NCBI GenBank assembly: GCA_965261615.1
Contig: OZ253461.1
Location: forward strand, 313,223-377,222
Length of the DNA: 64,000 nt
Direction: 5' to 3'
Source: Alphaproteobacteria bacterium
GTDB taxonomy: Bacteria; Pseudomonadota; Alphaproteobacteria; Bin98
Part shown: piece after piece, positions 29,720 through 38,981 of the stretch
How positions within the stretch are numbered: position 1 is the first letter of the stretch
Layout of the letters: every line of letters starts with the position of its first letter
Made by a program: the position numbers and the translations under genes
Notes under the pieces: generated by a model
What the model saw: the letters and a program-made list of their open reading frames with translations, nothing else
What the model was told of the DNA's origin: nothing
The model's database searches: none

Positions 29720-32032
29720 ATGAAGTTGATTGTGATAATGATTTTGGGGTTTAGCGGTTTTGCTTCTGACATATCGGAAGAAGGCCTGAGTAGTTGTGTC
29801 GAAAAGTCTTTGGAGCTTTTTGCACCAATAGTAAAGTTTGTGTTATGCATTGATAAGCCCGCCTCTAAGGCTGTGGTGTCTTTGTATGAAAGAGAAAGTG
29901 CAAAATCACGCAACAATAAGATAAGGCTGTGGAAAAAACAAGGTGAAATAAAGGAGCTACGCGGCTTACTTCCTGGTTTATATGACATGAAAAAGGCCTA
30001 TCTTTCAGAGGACAGCAAGCAAATTTTTAATTTGCCTGGTCTGAGTGAAGGTGTGGACATGAGAGGCCTTTGGCTGGAGATTTTGCAGAAAGCATGTGGT
30101 ATTTTGGGAGGGTATGCTTCCATTGCGAAAGTGGCTATGATCATGGAGGATGTAGGGGTGGATAACCATAATATTACCGCCTTTTGTGCTCACTATGTTG
30201 GTGCAGTTGCTCATAACAATTTTCGTAGTTTTTTGCCCGCAAATCCGGAGAAGGGAACTACGCTCTATAAGATTTATCACGGACAAAACATTGAGGACTC
30301 TGTTATACAGCTGTTGCAGCATGTGCAGCTTCCGAAAGAAAAGCAAATTTCCGACTCCATTTTGCGATACATAAATTTCTTAGACTGGCAGGGGGGTGCT
30401 AACTGGTGGGAGGTTTTTCGAGCTTTGCAAAAAGCAGAGGAACTATTTGCACAGTCGAACAGTTCTGCCCTAGACCTTTTGTGGTGTAAGTTTTTTAGAG
30501 AGGATAGCCGTGGCAAGGAGCTGTGTATCAATGAAAGCCTTACGCTTGCGGAGTGCATGCAAGAGTCTAAAAAAGAAGGTTGGGAGTGCCCACATTTTGT
30601 GATGTGTGCTGCAGCGGATTTGCCGCATGAAGTTTTAATGGACCTGCAAGGTAAGGACCAGGATCAATATGATTTTTGGTGTCGTTGTCAAGGTGTTTAT
30701 CTTGCAAAAGCACAATCTGCGTTAGCGATTTTTGACCCTGTTGCAAGCCGTACTGTGACGAAGGCTCGTAGGGCGTGCGCAGCCTTGCAATCTTTGTACT
30801 CTAAGGCGAAGAAGTTGGCTGATAGCCAAAAAGTGGATCTTTTGTGGCAGAGCTCACCTGAGATTAAGTCACCGCAGCAGCTGTGCAAGGGTTTGCAGGA
30901 ATTAGCGCTATCTTGTGAGAAGCAAGGCAAGGAGAGCTTTGATTGGCCAGGGCGGTTATTTGGGGCTGAGATGGACAAAATCTTTATGATTGTTCGATTG
31001 GAGGAACAAAGTTTATGTGATGTTATTGAAATAACTAGCTTAATGGAGAAAATGGGAGTGAACTCAGATTTTGTTTTACAATACTGCCTTTTTTCTGCAG
31101 AAGCAGTGCGTAACGTGACTAAAGAAAAGTTTTTTCATACAGATGACAGATTGGATCCAGAGGCGCCTGCGTATAAGTTTTACCATGGGCAAAATATTGA
31201 TAGCTTTGTTTCTCAGGTTGTGCTTCACGAGAAGGGCCGTGGATTTTTACATTGGAGCACAGAAAAGCATTTGCAGTCCTACAGGCAGTACTTATCTTGG
31301 AAGGGGTCCGTTAACTGGTGGGATTTTCTTTTGGGCTTATACAAAGGTGGTGCGTCACAAAGGGGAAGGTTTTCTGATATCTTTACGCATGTGAGAAAGT
31401 CACTGCAGAAAGAAACGGTTGACTTTGATAAAGCGCTTGCTTATTTGAGAGACACATTAAAATCGAAGTATGACTCAGGCTTAATGCAGGAGGCTATGGA
31501 AGAAGTGGTGCGCTGTTTGGTGCAAGGTCGTAAGGGAGTGTCTGCACTATGGAAGGGTAGGGGCGAAATAAGAACGATTGATATGTTTAAAGTGAGCCAA
31601 ATCATAGAGACATTGAGGAAGCAGAAACAAACAGCGCGCTTTTTTGAGTTCGTGATTCAGAGCTTGCCGACAGACTTTATGCTGCAGCACTGTGGAGGTG
31701 CGCAGACTTTGGGCGATTTGCTGTATAAGAAGGTATTCCAAGGAGTGGTGGCCGTGTATTTTTTGAAAAAGATGCTTTCCGTGGAGATGTCCGACAAAGA
31801 GCAAGAAAGAGCCGAGAGAAATGCGTCTAGTTATGTGAGCTATTTATGGAATAAACTATCATTCAGCGATTGGTTAGAGGTGTATAACTCTGTGGCTAGC
31901 ATGGAAAATGGTAGAGCAATTATTCTTGCTGATTGCGATGAAACGCAATATTGTACGGGGCCTCTTGGGTGTGAAGGTGTGTTGTTCTCTGGCTTTTGTG
32001 TGACGATGGGTTTCTGGCGTAAAGGGTTGTGA
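29720..32032 (+). CDS. 855-type family protein with a degenerate or truncated C-terminus (about 770 aa)
   Basis: Start ATG 29720 (MKLIVIMILGFSGFASD) by homology to 24899. Modules conserved through 'ERNASSYVSYLWNKLS', then a divergent tail with no YLKFL/EIDEVC C-module. Confidence 0.8.
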   Translation: MKLIVIMILGFSGFASDISEEGLSSCVEKSLELFAPIVKFVLCIDKPASKAVVSLYERESAKSRNNKIRLWKKQGEIKELRGLLPGLYDMKKAYLSEDSKQIFNLPGLSEGVDMRGLWLEILQKACGILGGYASIAKVAMIMEDVGVDNHNITAFCAHYVGAVAHNNFRSFLPANPEKGTTLYKIYHGQNIEDSVIQLLQHVQLPKEKQISDSILRYINFLDWQGGANWWEVFRALQKAEELFAQSNSSALDLLWCKFFREDSRGKELCINESLTLAECMQESKKEGWECPHFVMCAAADLPHEVLMDLQGKDQDQYDFWCRCQGVYLAKAQSALAIFDPVASRTVTKARRACAALQSLYSKAKKLADSQKVDLLWQSSPEIKSPQQLCKGLQELALSCEKQGKESFDWPGRLFGAEMDKIFMIVRLEEQSLCDVIEITSLMEKMGVNSDFVLQYCLFSAEAVRNVTKEKFFHTDDRLDPEAPAYKFYHGQNIDSFVSQVVLHEKGRGFLHWSTEKHLQSYRQYLSWKGSVNWWDFLLGLYKGGASQRGRFSDIFTHVRKSLQKETVDFDKALAYLRDTLKSKYDSGLMQEAMEEVVRCLVQGRKGVSALWKGRGEIRTIDMFKVSQIIETLRKQKQTARFFEFVIQSLPTDFMLQHCGGAQTLGDLLYKKVFQGVVAVYFLKKMLSVEMSDKEQERAERNASSYVSYLWNKLSFSDWLEVYNSVASMENGRAIILADCDETQYCTGPLGCEGVLFSGFCVTMGFWRKGL

Positions 32033-32111
32033 GCTTATGCTGGAAGGTGTGTGCCTGAGAGAGTGGAGCGTTGATAGTTTTGGGGGTGTTAAATTCAACT
32101 AAGGGGTTTTG

Positions 32112-33938
32112 ATGTTTATGAAGTACGCTTTATTGATTGTAAGCTTAAGCTGTATGGCGACTACAATAACCGAGCGGGAGTGGGCTCCCTTGAAAGAGGC
32201 GGTTAGCCAGAGTATGCCTGGGGTGACGCTGGAGGACTGTGTAGGGCAATATCTACATAAGGGCTGGGAGTGCACAGATGCGCTAGCGATTGCGGCAGCG
32301 GATTTTTCTGAGGAAAGAGCTCAGGATTTACTCAAGACAGACAGGGTTCGGTATGATTTTTTAAGACACTGTCAGGGTTGTTTTATAGATAGAGCAAATA
32401 AGGCCTTAACTGTGTTTGAGCCAGTGGCGGATTTTATTTTACGATACCAATCGCCAGTATGTGGTGCTGTTTTGGCTGTATATCGCAAGGTGCAGTTATT
32501 AAATGAACATCAAAAAAGTAGCAAGGCGCCTTGGCGGCGTATCCCTAAAATCCACGCTCTTTCAGACTTAGTGTCTGGACTGCGTAAGCTAGAGGTGACA
32601 TACCTAGAGGGCGACAGAGAGAGCTTTGCTTTTCCTGGAATGGTGCGGGGCTGTAATATGGAGGACATTTGGGTGGAGTTTTTGTTGGAGGGCTCAAATG
32701 CATCTTTAGCTGCGTATTTGCGTGACCTTGCTGAAGTGGTGAGTTTGTTGGAGCGAAGAAATGTTGATCCAGGGAAATTGGCTAACTTTTGTCTGGAATA
32801 TGCTACGTCCGTGAGTTTGGCTGGTGATAGAAACTTTTTTGCGGGAATAAGCTTCTTTCCTGGACGCAAAGTGGATAAAGAGAGTACAGTGTATAAGTTT
32901 TTCTATGCGCAAAACATCGAGAACTTTACTTGCCTGCTAAGGAAGGGAGAAAGTCACCTGTCTGAGGGTTGGCTGCGCCGTTTAGATTGGTATTTTTCAT
33001 ATTTATCTTGGAAGTCTCATGTGAATTGGTGGGACTATATAGCAGGATTGTTGCGTAGTGGTGTGGAGTATGCAGGAAACGCAGGGCACTTGTTTGAGAT
33101 GGCACAGGAAAGGCTGATGCGGGAAGGAGGCGACTTAGATAAGGCCTTTGAGTATATACAAAAGGTGGAAAAGCTGAGCGTTGCTCAGCATATCCAAGAT
33201 AAAGCGCTTCAGGACTTGATTGAGTGGCTTCACTGTGATTGTGAAGAGGCTTCAGCTATATGGCACAAAGGCTGTAGAGTACGCAATGTCGATATGCTTA
33301 AGCTTAATCAAATGATTAGCCATATTGATGAGGTAAGTGAGCGCAGAAGTCATGAGTTTTTTAGCGTGCTAGTTCAGAGTTTGCCACCGCAGAGTGTATT
33401 GCGCTGTGGGGGGAATAAGCGACTGGAGGGCGGCCTGTACAAGCAGGCGATAGAAGGGGAGAATGCATTGCAGCTGATGTCGGAAATGCTGAGCGCGGGT
33501 AAGGCTAGTGTAAATCCAGGGTTAGCTGACAGGCCTGCCAGAAACGCTAGAGTGTATTTGAAATATTTGTCGTCTAACCTGACAGTAGCGGATTTGTTTG
33601 AGATGTTGAGGCAGGTTCCATATGCGCTGAAAGAAAATTTTTTGATCTCCAGTTTGGTTTGGAGTGAGATTCACGCAAAAGGGGGGTGTCGTGCGGATAC
33701 ACTTTTGCCCTACTTGCAGTTTGTGATCGCCAGCGTAGAGTTAGATCAGGGTTATGTCAGAAGAGAGATTGCAGAGGTGTGTGCTTATTTGCGCGATCTT
33801 GGAATGGAAGAGGAGGCGCAATATTTTTTGCAGCGCAGCTTCGCATCTTGCTCTGACAGGGTTCAGTTGAAACGTGTAGCTGATGTTCGTAATGCTCTAC
33901 AACCCTTTAATGAAGGTGTCTTAAGTAATTGTGTGTAA
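32112..33938 (+). CDS. Secreted family protein (about 608 aa), 609-type
   Basis: RBS AAGGGG (32101–32106). Signal 'LIVSLSCMATT'. 'WECTDALAIAAADF...YDFLRHCQG...FEPV...PVCGAV', 'YLSWKSHVNWWDYIAGLLRSG', 'FFSVLVQSLP' and C-module. Confidence 0.9.
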   Translation: MFMKYALLIVSLSCMATTITEREWAPLKEAVSQSMPGVTLEDCVGQYLHKGWECTDALAIAAADFSEERAQDLLKTDRVRYDFLRHCQGCFIDRANKALTVFEPVADFILRYQSPVCGAVLAVYRKVQLLNEHQKSSKAPWRRIPKIHALSDLVSGLRKLEVTYLEGDRESFAFPGMVRGCNMEDIWVEFLLEGSNASLAAYLRDLAEVVSLLERRNVDPGKLANFCLEYATSVSLAGDRNFFAGISFFPGRKVDKESTVYKFFYAQNIENFTCLLRKGESHLSEGWLRRLDWYFSYLSWKSHVNWWDYIAGLLRSGVEYAGNAGHLFEMAQERLMREGGDLDKAFEYIQKVEKLSVAQHIQDKALQDLIEWLHCDCEEASAIWHKGCRVRNVDMLKLNQMISHIDEVSERRSHEFFSVLVQSLPPQSVLRCGGNKRLEGGLYKQAIEGENALQLMSEMLSAGKASVNPGLADRPARNARVYLKYLSSNLTVADLFEMLRQVPYALKENFLISSLVWSEIHAKGGCRADTLLPYLQFVIASVELDQGYVRREIAEVCAYLRDLGMEEEAQYFLQRSFASCSDRVQLKRVADVRNALQPFNEGVLSNCV

Positions 33939-34091
33939 TTGTTTTTATACGTTTTGATTAGCATAAATCCTAAAATTGCTAGAGGTAGTGACCCAGTTAG
34001 GTGGGAGCCATAACTAGGTGCGCGCTCTGACCTGCAGGGTGAAGGTCTTCTTATGTCGTATGGTGGTGGAGAAGTTAATTTCATTTAATAA

Positions 34092-34120
34092 TTGCGTGGA
34101 TTGAATTTTTGCGATAAGAT
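34092..34120 (+). promoter_or_regulatory. Promoter TTGCGT-17-TAAGAT for the 34147 gene
   Basis: Same promoter and leader copied in front of three 855-type genes (22150–22220, 24828–24898, 34073–34146). Spacing is exact in all three; the -10 is degenerate (TAGCAT, 22189–22194) only in the copy before the truncated gene. Confidence 0.5.
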
Positions 34121-34146
34121 GATCTAAAAGGAAAATGCAGTTTAGT

Positions 34147-36702
34147 ATGAAGTTGATTTTTTTAATGGTTTTGGGGTTGAGTGGTGTTGCAGCAGAGTTG
34201 TCGGAAGAAGACGTGAGCACGCGTATTGAGAAGGCTTTGGATCTGTTTGCACCAATAGCAAAGTTTGTTTCAGGAATTGACAAGCCAGCCTCTCAAGCTG
34301 TAGTGGATTTTTGTGAGAGAGAAGGTGCTAGAGCCTCAAAGGAGCGCGTCAGGAACTGGAAAGAAGAAAAAGAAATAACCAAGCTGGAAGACTTGCTACC
34401 TTGGTTATATAATCTGAAAACAGCTTCAGCTGGGCGTAATCCAAGCTTTAGTTTGCCTGGAATCCGGATGAATGTGGATATGGGGGATCTTTGGCTGGAG
34501 ATTTTGCAGAGAGCTTGGAGTATGCCCGCTACTTATAAGGTTATTGATGGCATGGTGAATATCATGGAAAAGATGGGCGTGAAAAGACCTTATATCGCGG
34601 CTTATTGTAATCGTGTTGCCAACGTTGCGCGTGGCAATTTTCTTGATTTTGCGCCGCCCAGTCCGGAGGAGGGTACGACGTTTTATAAGACTTGGCAAGG
34701 AGAAAACACTGAGGAGCATATCTCAGGTTTGCTGGAGTGTGTGCAGATTTCGAAGGTCTATCTGACGTCTGCTTCTATTTTGGGTTATATACGGTTTTTG
34801 GACTGGAAAGGTGGGGCTAACTGGTGGGAGGTTTTCCAAGCTTTGCAAAAAGCAGAAAAAACATTTGAAGGCTGTCATGGCTCTGGATTAAATAGTGATT
34901 GGGGGGATTTTTTTAGAGAAGATATCCGCAAGACTTGGCTGAAGTTTTTTAGAGAGGACAGCAGAGGAGAAGAGAGGTTTCTCAATGAAAGCCTTACGCT
35001 TCGGGAGTGTATGGAAGAGTCTAAAAAGGAAGGTTGGGAGTGTCCACATTTGGTGATGTGTGCTGCTGCGGACGTGCCGTATGACATTTTAATGGATTTG
35101 GCAAAAACAGACCAGGAGCAATATGACTTTTGGCAGCGTTGCCGTAGAATTTATGCTGAAAAAGCAGAATCTGCGTTAGTGATTTTTGTGCCAGTGATAA
35201 ACCGTATTCAGCAGTCGAATTCTAGGGCGTGTAAAGCGGTGCAGTCCTTATACTGTAAGGCAAGGTCGGTGCGGCCCCCTCAAGAAAAGAACTCTGTGTG
35301 GGATAAAAGCCAACCGGTGATTAACGACATTGGACAATTGCGTACAGGCTTGCGGGCATTAGAGCTGAATTGTGCGCAACAAGGCATGGAGAGCTTTGAG
35401 TGGCCAGGGCGTTTATTTGGAGCTGATATGGGTAAGATATTTTTGGATCTTAACTATGATACGCAAACTTTATTTGATGTGATAGAAATAACAAACCTAA
35501 TGCAAAGAGTGGGAGTGCACCCAGATTTTGTTTTACAATACTGTTTTTTTTCTGCTTCTGCAGTATGCGAGGCGCCCAAAGGACAATTTTTCCGCACATG
35601 GAGCTGGAGAAGTTTGGATTCAGAGGCGACAGCGTATAAGTTTTTCTATGGGCAGAATATTGACCAGTTTGTTTCTCATATTATACTTAACGAGGAGAGT
35701 GATGGGTTTGTACACTGGTCAATTGCAGATTATTTGAGCAAATACGTAGCATACTTATCTTGGAAGGGTTCTGTGAATTGGTGGGGCTTTCTTTTGGGTC
35801 TGTACAAAGGTGGTGCGTCACGAAAAGGAAGGCTTGCGCCAGTCTTTGCGAGTGTGTGTAAACAGTTGCTAAACGAGGTGGGTGATTGTGATAAAGCGTA
35901 TGATTATTTGGAAAGTGTAATTGAGCAGGGGCAGCTGAGTGCCGGCCTAAAGCAGGAAGCGCTAGAAGGCCTCTTGGATTGGTTGGTGCGATATCGTCAG
36001 GGGGCGTCTGCACTATGGATAGATAAGCGCCAAATGAAAAATGTGAGTATGTCTACAGTGAGCCAAATGTTGGAGATTATACACCTCTCCATGCGTGAAA
36101 AAACGCTAAGCTTTTTTGATTTTGCCGTTCAGAGTTTGCCAACAGAGCGTATGTTGCAGAAAAGTGGAGGAGTGCAGTGTCTTCCGGAAGGTTTCTACAA
36201 AAATTTGGTGGAAGGAAAAAGTGCCATGCCATTTTTGAGCGAGATGGTGTTGACAGGGAGCCTTTGCAAAGAGGGGCAGGCGCAAGCTGAGAGGAATGCG
36301 GCTCATTACATAGGCTATCTAGCACCTAAACTATCATTAGAAAAGCTGGTGGATATGCTTAAGTCTGTGCCTAGTCTTCAAAAGGGTCAAGAAGTCGTAT
36401 CGTCACTCTTGTGGGGTGCAATAAAAGCCAAGAAAGAAAAGAGGGTGGAGCCGCTACTGCAATATTTGAAGTTCTTACTACAGCAAGAAGGAATGTCTTT
36501 GGTTTATGCAGAGAAAGAGATCGATGAAGTTTGTCATGATCTGCACGCTTTAGGAGGGCAAAGAGTTGCGGAAGCCTTTTTGCGAAATCACTGCAGTGAA
36601 TGCAGCACTGCAGAGCAGCTGTCTTTACGCACGCGTGCTAATAAGATACTGCAGCAGCAGGAGCAAGAGAGTGACCTAACAGAGTGGAGCTTAGTAGTTT
36701 AA
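34147..36702 (+). CDS. Secreted family protein (about 851 aa), 855-type; recent duplicate of the 24899 gene
   Basis: Promoter TTGCGT(34092–34097)-17-TAAGAT(34115–34120). Long stretches are nucleotide-identical to 24899–27460 at offset +9248, with a divergent mid-gene patch. Confidence 0.9.
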   Translation: MKLIFLMVLGLSGVAAELSEEDVSTRIEKALDLFAPIAKFVSGIDKPASQAVVDFCEREGARASKERVRNWKEEKEITKLEDLLPWLYNLKTASAGRNPSFSLPGIRMNVDMGDLWLEILQRAWSMPATYKVIDGMVNIMEKMGVKRPYIAAYCNRVANVARGNFLDFAPPSPEEGTTFYKTWQGENTEEHISGLLECVQISKVYLTSASILGYIRFLDWKGGANWWEVFQALQKAEKTFEGCHGSGLNSDWGDFFREDIRKTWLKFFREDSRGEERFLNESLTLRECMEESKKEGWECPHLVMCAAADVPYDILMDLAKTDQEQYDFWQRCRRIYAEKAESALVIFVPVINRIQQSNSRACKAVQSLYCKARSVRPPQEKNSVWDKSQPVINDIGQLRTGLRALELNCAQQGMESFEWPGRLFGADMGKIFLDLNYDTQTLFDVIEITNLMQRVGVHPDFVLQYCFFSASAVCEAPKGQFFRTWSWRSLDSEATAYKFFYGQNIDQFVSHIILNEESDGFVHWSIADYLSKYVAYLSWKGSVNWWGFLLGLYKGGASRKGRLAPVFASVCKQLLNEVGDCDKAYDYLESVIEQGQLSAGLKQEALEGLLDWLVRYRQGASALWIDKRQMKNVSMSTVSQMLEIIHLSMREKTLSFFDFAVQSLPTERMLQKSGGVQCLPEGFYKNLVEGKSAMPFLSEMVLTGSLCKEGQAQAERNAAHYIGYLAPKLSLEKLVDMLKSVPSLQKGQEVVSSLLWGAIKAKKEKRVEPLLQYLKFLLQQEGMSLVYAEKEIDEVCHDLHALGGQRVAEAFLRNHCSECSTAEQLSLRTRANKILQQQEQESDLTEWSLVV

Positions 36703-36739
36703 AGTTTGGTGTGTGTTGGGAGTAAGAAGAGGATTGGTT

Positions 36740-38842
36740 ATGTCTATTATTAAAATGTTAATACTTTTAAGCTGGAGCTGTGTAGCAGCGAGCTTGGAAA
36801 AGGTCTCAAGTGAATGGGGAAATCAAGAGTACGCGCAGCTTGTGATTGAGTACCATGCTCTGGCCTCAAGGTCTGGTTATATGGTGAAGGCAAGTGAAAA
36901 GGCAGTAGGCCTGTATAATACTGTGTGTGCGCAGTGGAGGGAAAAGTTGGGTGACCGGGTGTCTTTTGCGCAGTATCAGCCGGTAGCTGCTGAAGAAAGG
37001 CCAGCACCAATAATAGAAAGTGGCCCTACGTTGCAAAGTAGGACGGCGGACTATTTGTTTTACAATAAAGATCAGATGTCATTATTAGGCGTATATGTTT
37101 GCTTGGACACTGTGGTTGAGAAGTTGGTTGATGAAAATGTGACAGCGTTAAAAAATGAATTAATGCAAGTTTGGTCCGATAGTGAAGATCTCTTAGAGTG
37201 CATACAACAGTTTCAGCGTGATATAGACTTTAGTTTTTCGGATCAACTGGCGTGTGCGTGTGCACACGTAAAGTCTGCAGGAGGTGCCTTTATGAGCCGA
37301 TTGCAGATGGCTGATAGAGGGCTTTATGATTTTCTTTGTCGGGGTGAAAGTGTGTATGTCGAGAGATTAGCAACCAGCCTATCGTTTTTTCAACCATTCT
37401 TTCGAATAATTTTCATCGACAGAGACGACAGCCCTCTGTTTTATGTTATAAATGAGGCTCGAGCACGATATCGTGCGCTGAACGACTATACTATTACACC
37501 GGCAACAAGTTTGCCGGGTAAAATCGAAAACACCTCAGAGCTAGTGCGCAAACTGACAGCCTTGAAACATAGCTTTGATGAGAATAAACAAGATGTGGAG
37601 CTTGTAACGTTATATACAGGCTGTGATATAGATCAATTTTGGACGAGAATGTTGAAAGGTATATGTCGTCATGGAACGGGCATGTATGCGTCATGTGCTA
37701 GTAGAAGTAATTTAGTGAATTTTTTCGAGCTTGCTGGAGTCGAACCATCTGCTATAGCGGAGCTTTGTGTGTGTATTGCGGAGGGCAAGCCTTGTGGTTG
37801 CTGCCGCCAGAAAAACACAAGATACATGCACTTTATTCAGGGAAAAGACGTAGGGTACTTTTTCAAACATTTATTGAATGGTGAGAGCCACAGGGAAAGT
37901 GTTGATGGCGAAAATCCAGAATATGTTTTGCAGTATATGGATTTTTTAGAGAGTGTTGGTGGAACTAATTGGTGGAATGTTTTAGACACATTGATGGATC
38001 TTGGTTGTCAGTATGGTCAAAAAGGTGACCAGTATTTGGATGTCGCTTGGGGCAAACTTGTGAGTGTAAGGTTTGGTTTAGCGGACGTGTGGGAGCATCT
38101 TAGTGCGATGAGCGAAAAGTTAGCGGATTTACCGGAGTCTAGGGAAAGACTGGTTGAGGTGGTGTGTCATAGGCTTAACCTGCGATTTGGTGTGGGCAGT
38201 GTTTGGGCAGAAGGCCATGGAGTGAAGTGGTTGTTTAGCAGGATAAATAGGGCTATACATATGTTGCAGGGCTATGGAACACCAGATATTCAGGTAGAAA
38301 ACGTTGATGTTAGTAATGTTGCTAGAGTAATTTCAATCCTGGATCGCATGGCCCCAAATAAGAGCACAGAATTTTTTCAGTTCGTTGTGAAGTGTTTGCC
38401 AGAGGCGCCTAGTTGTATCCGGGGTGTGGAGGCTCTGGAGGAAGGCTCTTTATACCGTGGTTTGCTAGAAGGTAGTGGGACTGTGGAGTTTTTGATGAAT
38501 ATTCTGTCTTGTGGAGACAAGGCGCACGAACGTAAGGAGCAGAAAAAAGTGTGTAATATTTTAACAGAGTATTTGGAACGCTTAGGTTTTAAGCTGACTG
38601 CTCCGCACGCACTAGGGGAGCTAGCACAGGTTATATCTCACCAACAAGTGAAAAGTGGAACAAATATACCGGTGCCTTTGGAGCTTGTGTGGAAAAGAGT
38701 TCAAAACAGTGAGCAGTGGCGAGATAAGGATATGCCTTCAGTTAGTTATTTGTTTGTGCCCAGGGCTCAACCGGACAATAGACTCTACTTTTGCTATGAG
38801 ACCGAAAAAGAGAAAAAACTTCGTGATTCGCAGAGGAGGTGA
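36740..38842 (+). CDS. Secreted family protein (about 700 aa), 720-type; chimeric relative to the 27498 gene
   Basis: First roughly 890 nt near-identical to 27498–28390. Sequence diverges abruptly after 'LVTLYTGCDI(D)QFW' at about 37633. Confidence 0.9.
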   Translation: MSIIKMLILLSWSCVAASLEKVSSEWGNQEYAQLVIEYHALASRSGYMVKASEKAVGLYNTVCAQWREKLGDRVSFAQYQPVAAEERPAPIIESGPTLQSRTADYLFYNKDQMSLLGVYVCLDTVVEKLVDENVTALKNELMQVWSDSEDLLECIQQFQRDIDFSFSDQLACACAHVKSAGGAFMSRLQMADRGLYDFLCRGESVYVERLATSLSFFQPFFRIIFIDRDDSPLFYVINEARARYRALNDYTITPATSLPGKIENTSELVRKLTALKHSFDENKQDVELVTLYTGCDIDQFWTRMLKGICRHGTGMYASCASRSNLVNFFELAGVEPSAIAELCVCIAEGKPCGCCRQKNTRYMHFIQGKDVGYFFKHLLNGESHRESVDGENPEYVLQYMDFLESVGGTNWWNVLDTLMDLGCQYGQKGDQYLDVAWGKLVSVRFGLADVWEHLSAMSEKLADLPESRERLVEVVCHRLNLRFGVGSVWAEGHGVKWLFSRINRAIHMLQGYGTPDIQVENVDVSNVARVISILDRMAPNKSTEFFQFVVKCLPEAPSCIRGVEALEEGSLYRGLLEGSGTVEFLMNILSCGDKAHERKEQKKVCNILTEYLERLGFKLTAPHALGELAQVISHQQVKSGTNIPVPLELVWKRVQNSEQWRDKDMPSVSYLFVPRAQPDNRLYFCYETEKEKKLRDSQRR

Positions 38843-38928
38843 CGCAAACTGCCTCTGTTAGAGAGAGGTGATGCCGCCCTATGACTTTGTTGTGGTGCCT
38901 CTGTGAGGCGAGCCTTTTATTTTTGTGC

Positions 38929-38957
38929 TTGACATCGAAGGAGGGTTGCTGTACATT
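38929..38957 (+). promoter_or_regulatory. Sigma70-type promoter TTGACA-17 bp-TACATT for the 38982 gene
   Basis: Perfect -35 hexamer, 17-nt spacer and near-consensus -10, about 25 nt upstream of the start codon. Confidence 0.6.
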
Positions 38958-38981
38958 AAATTTAATTGATTGGAGTGGAAG

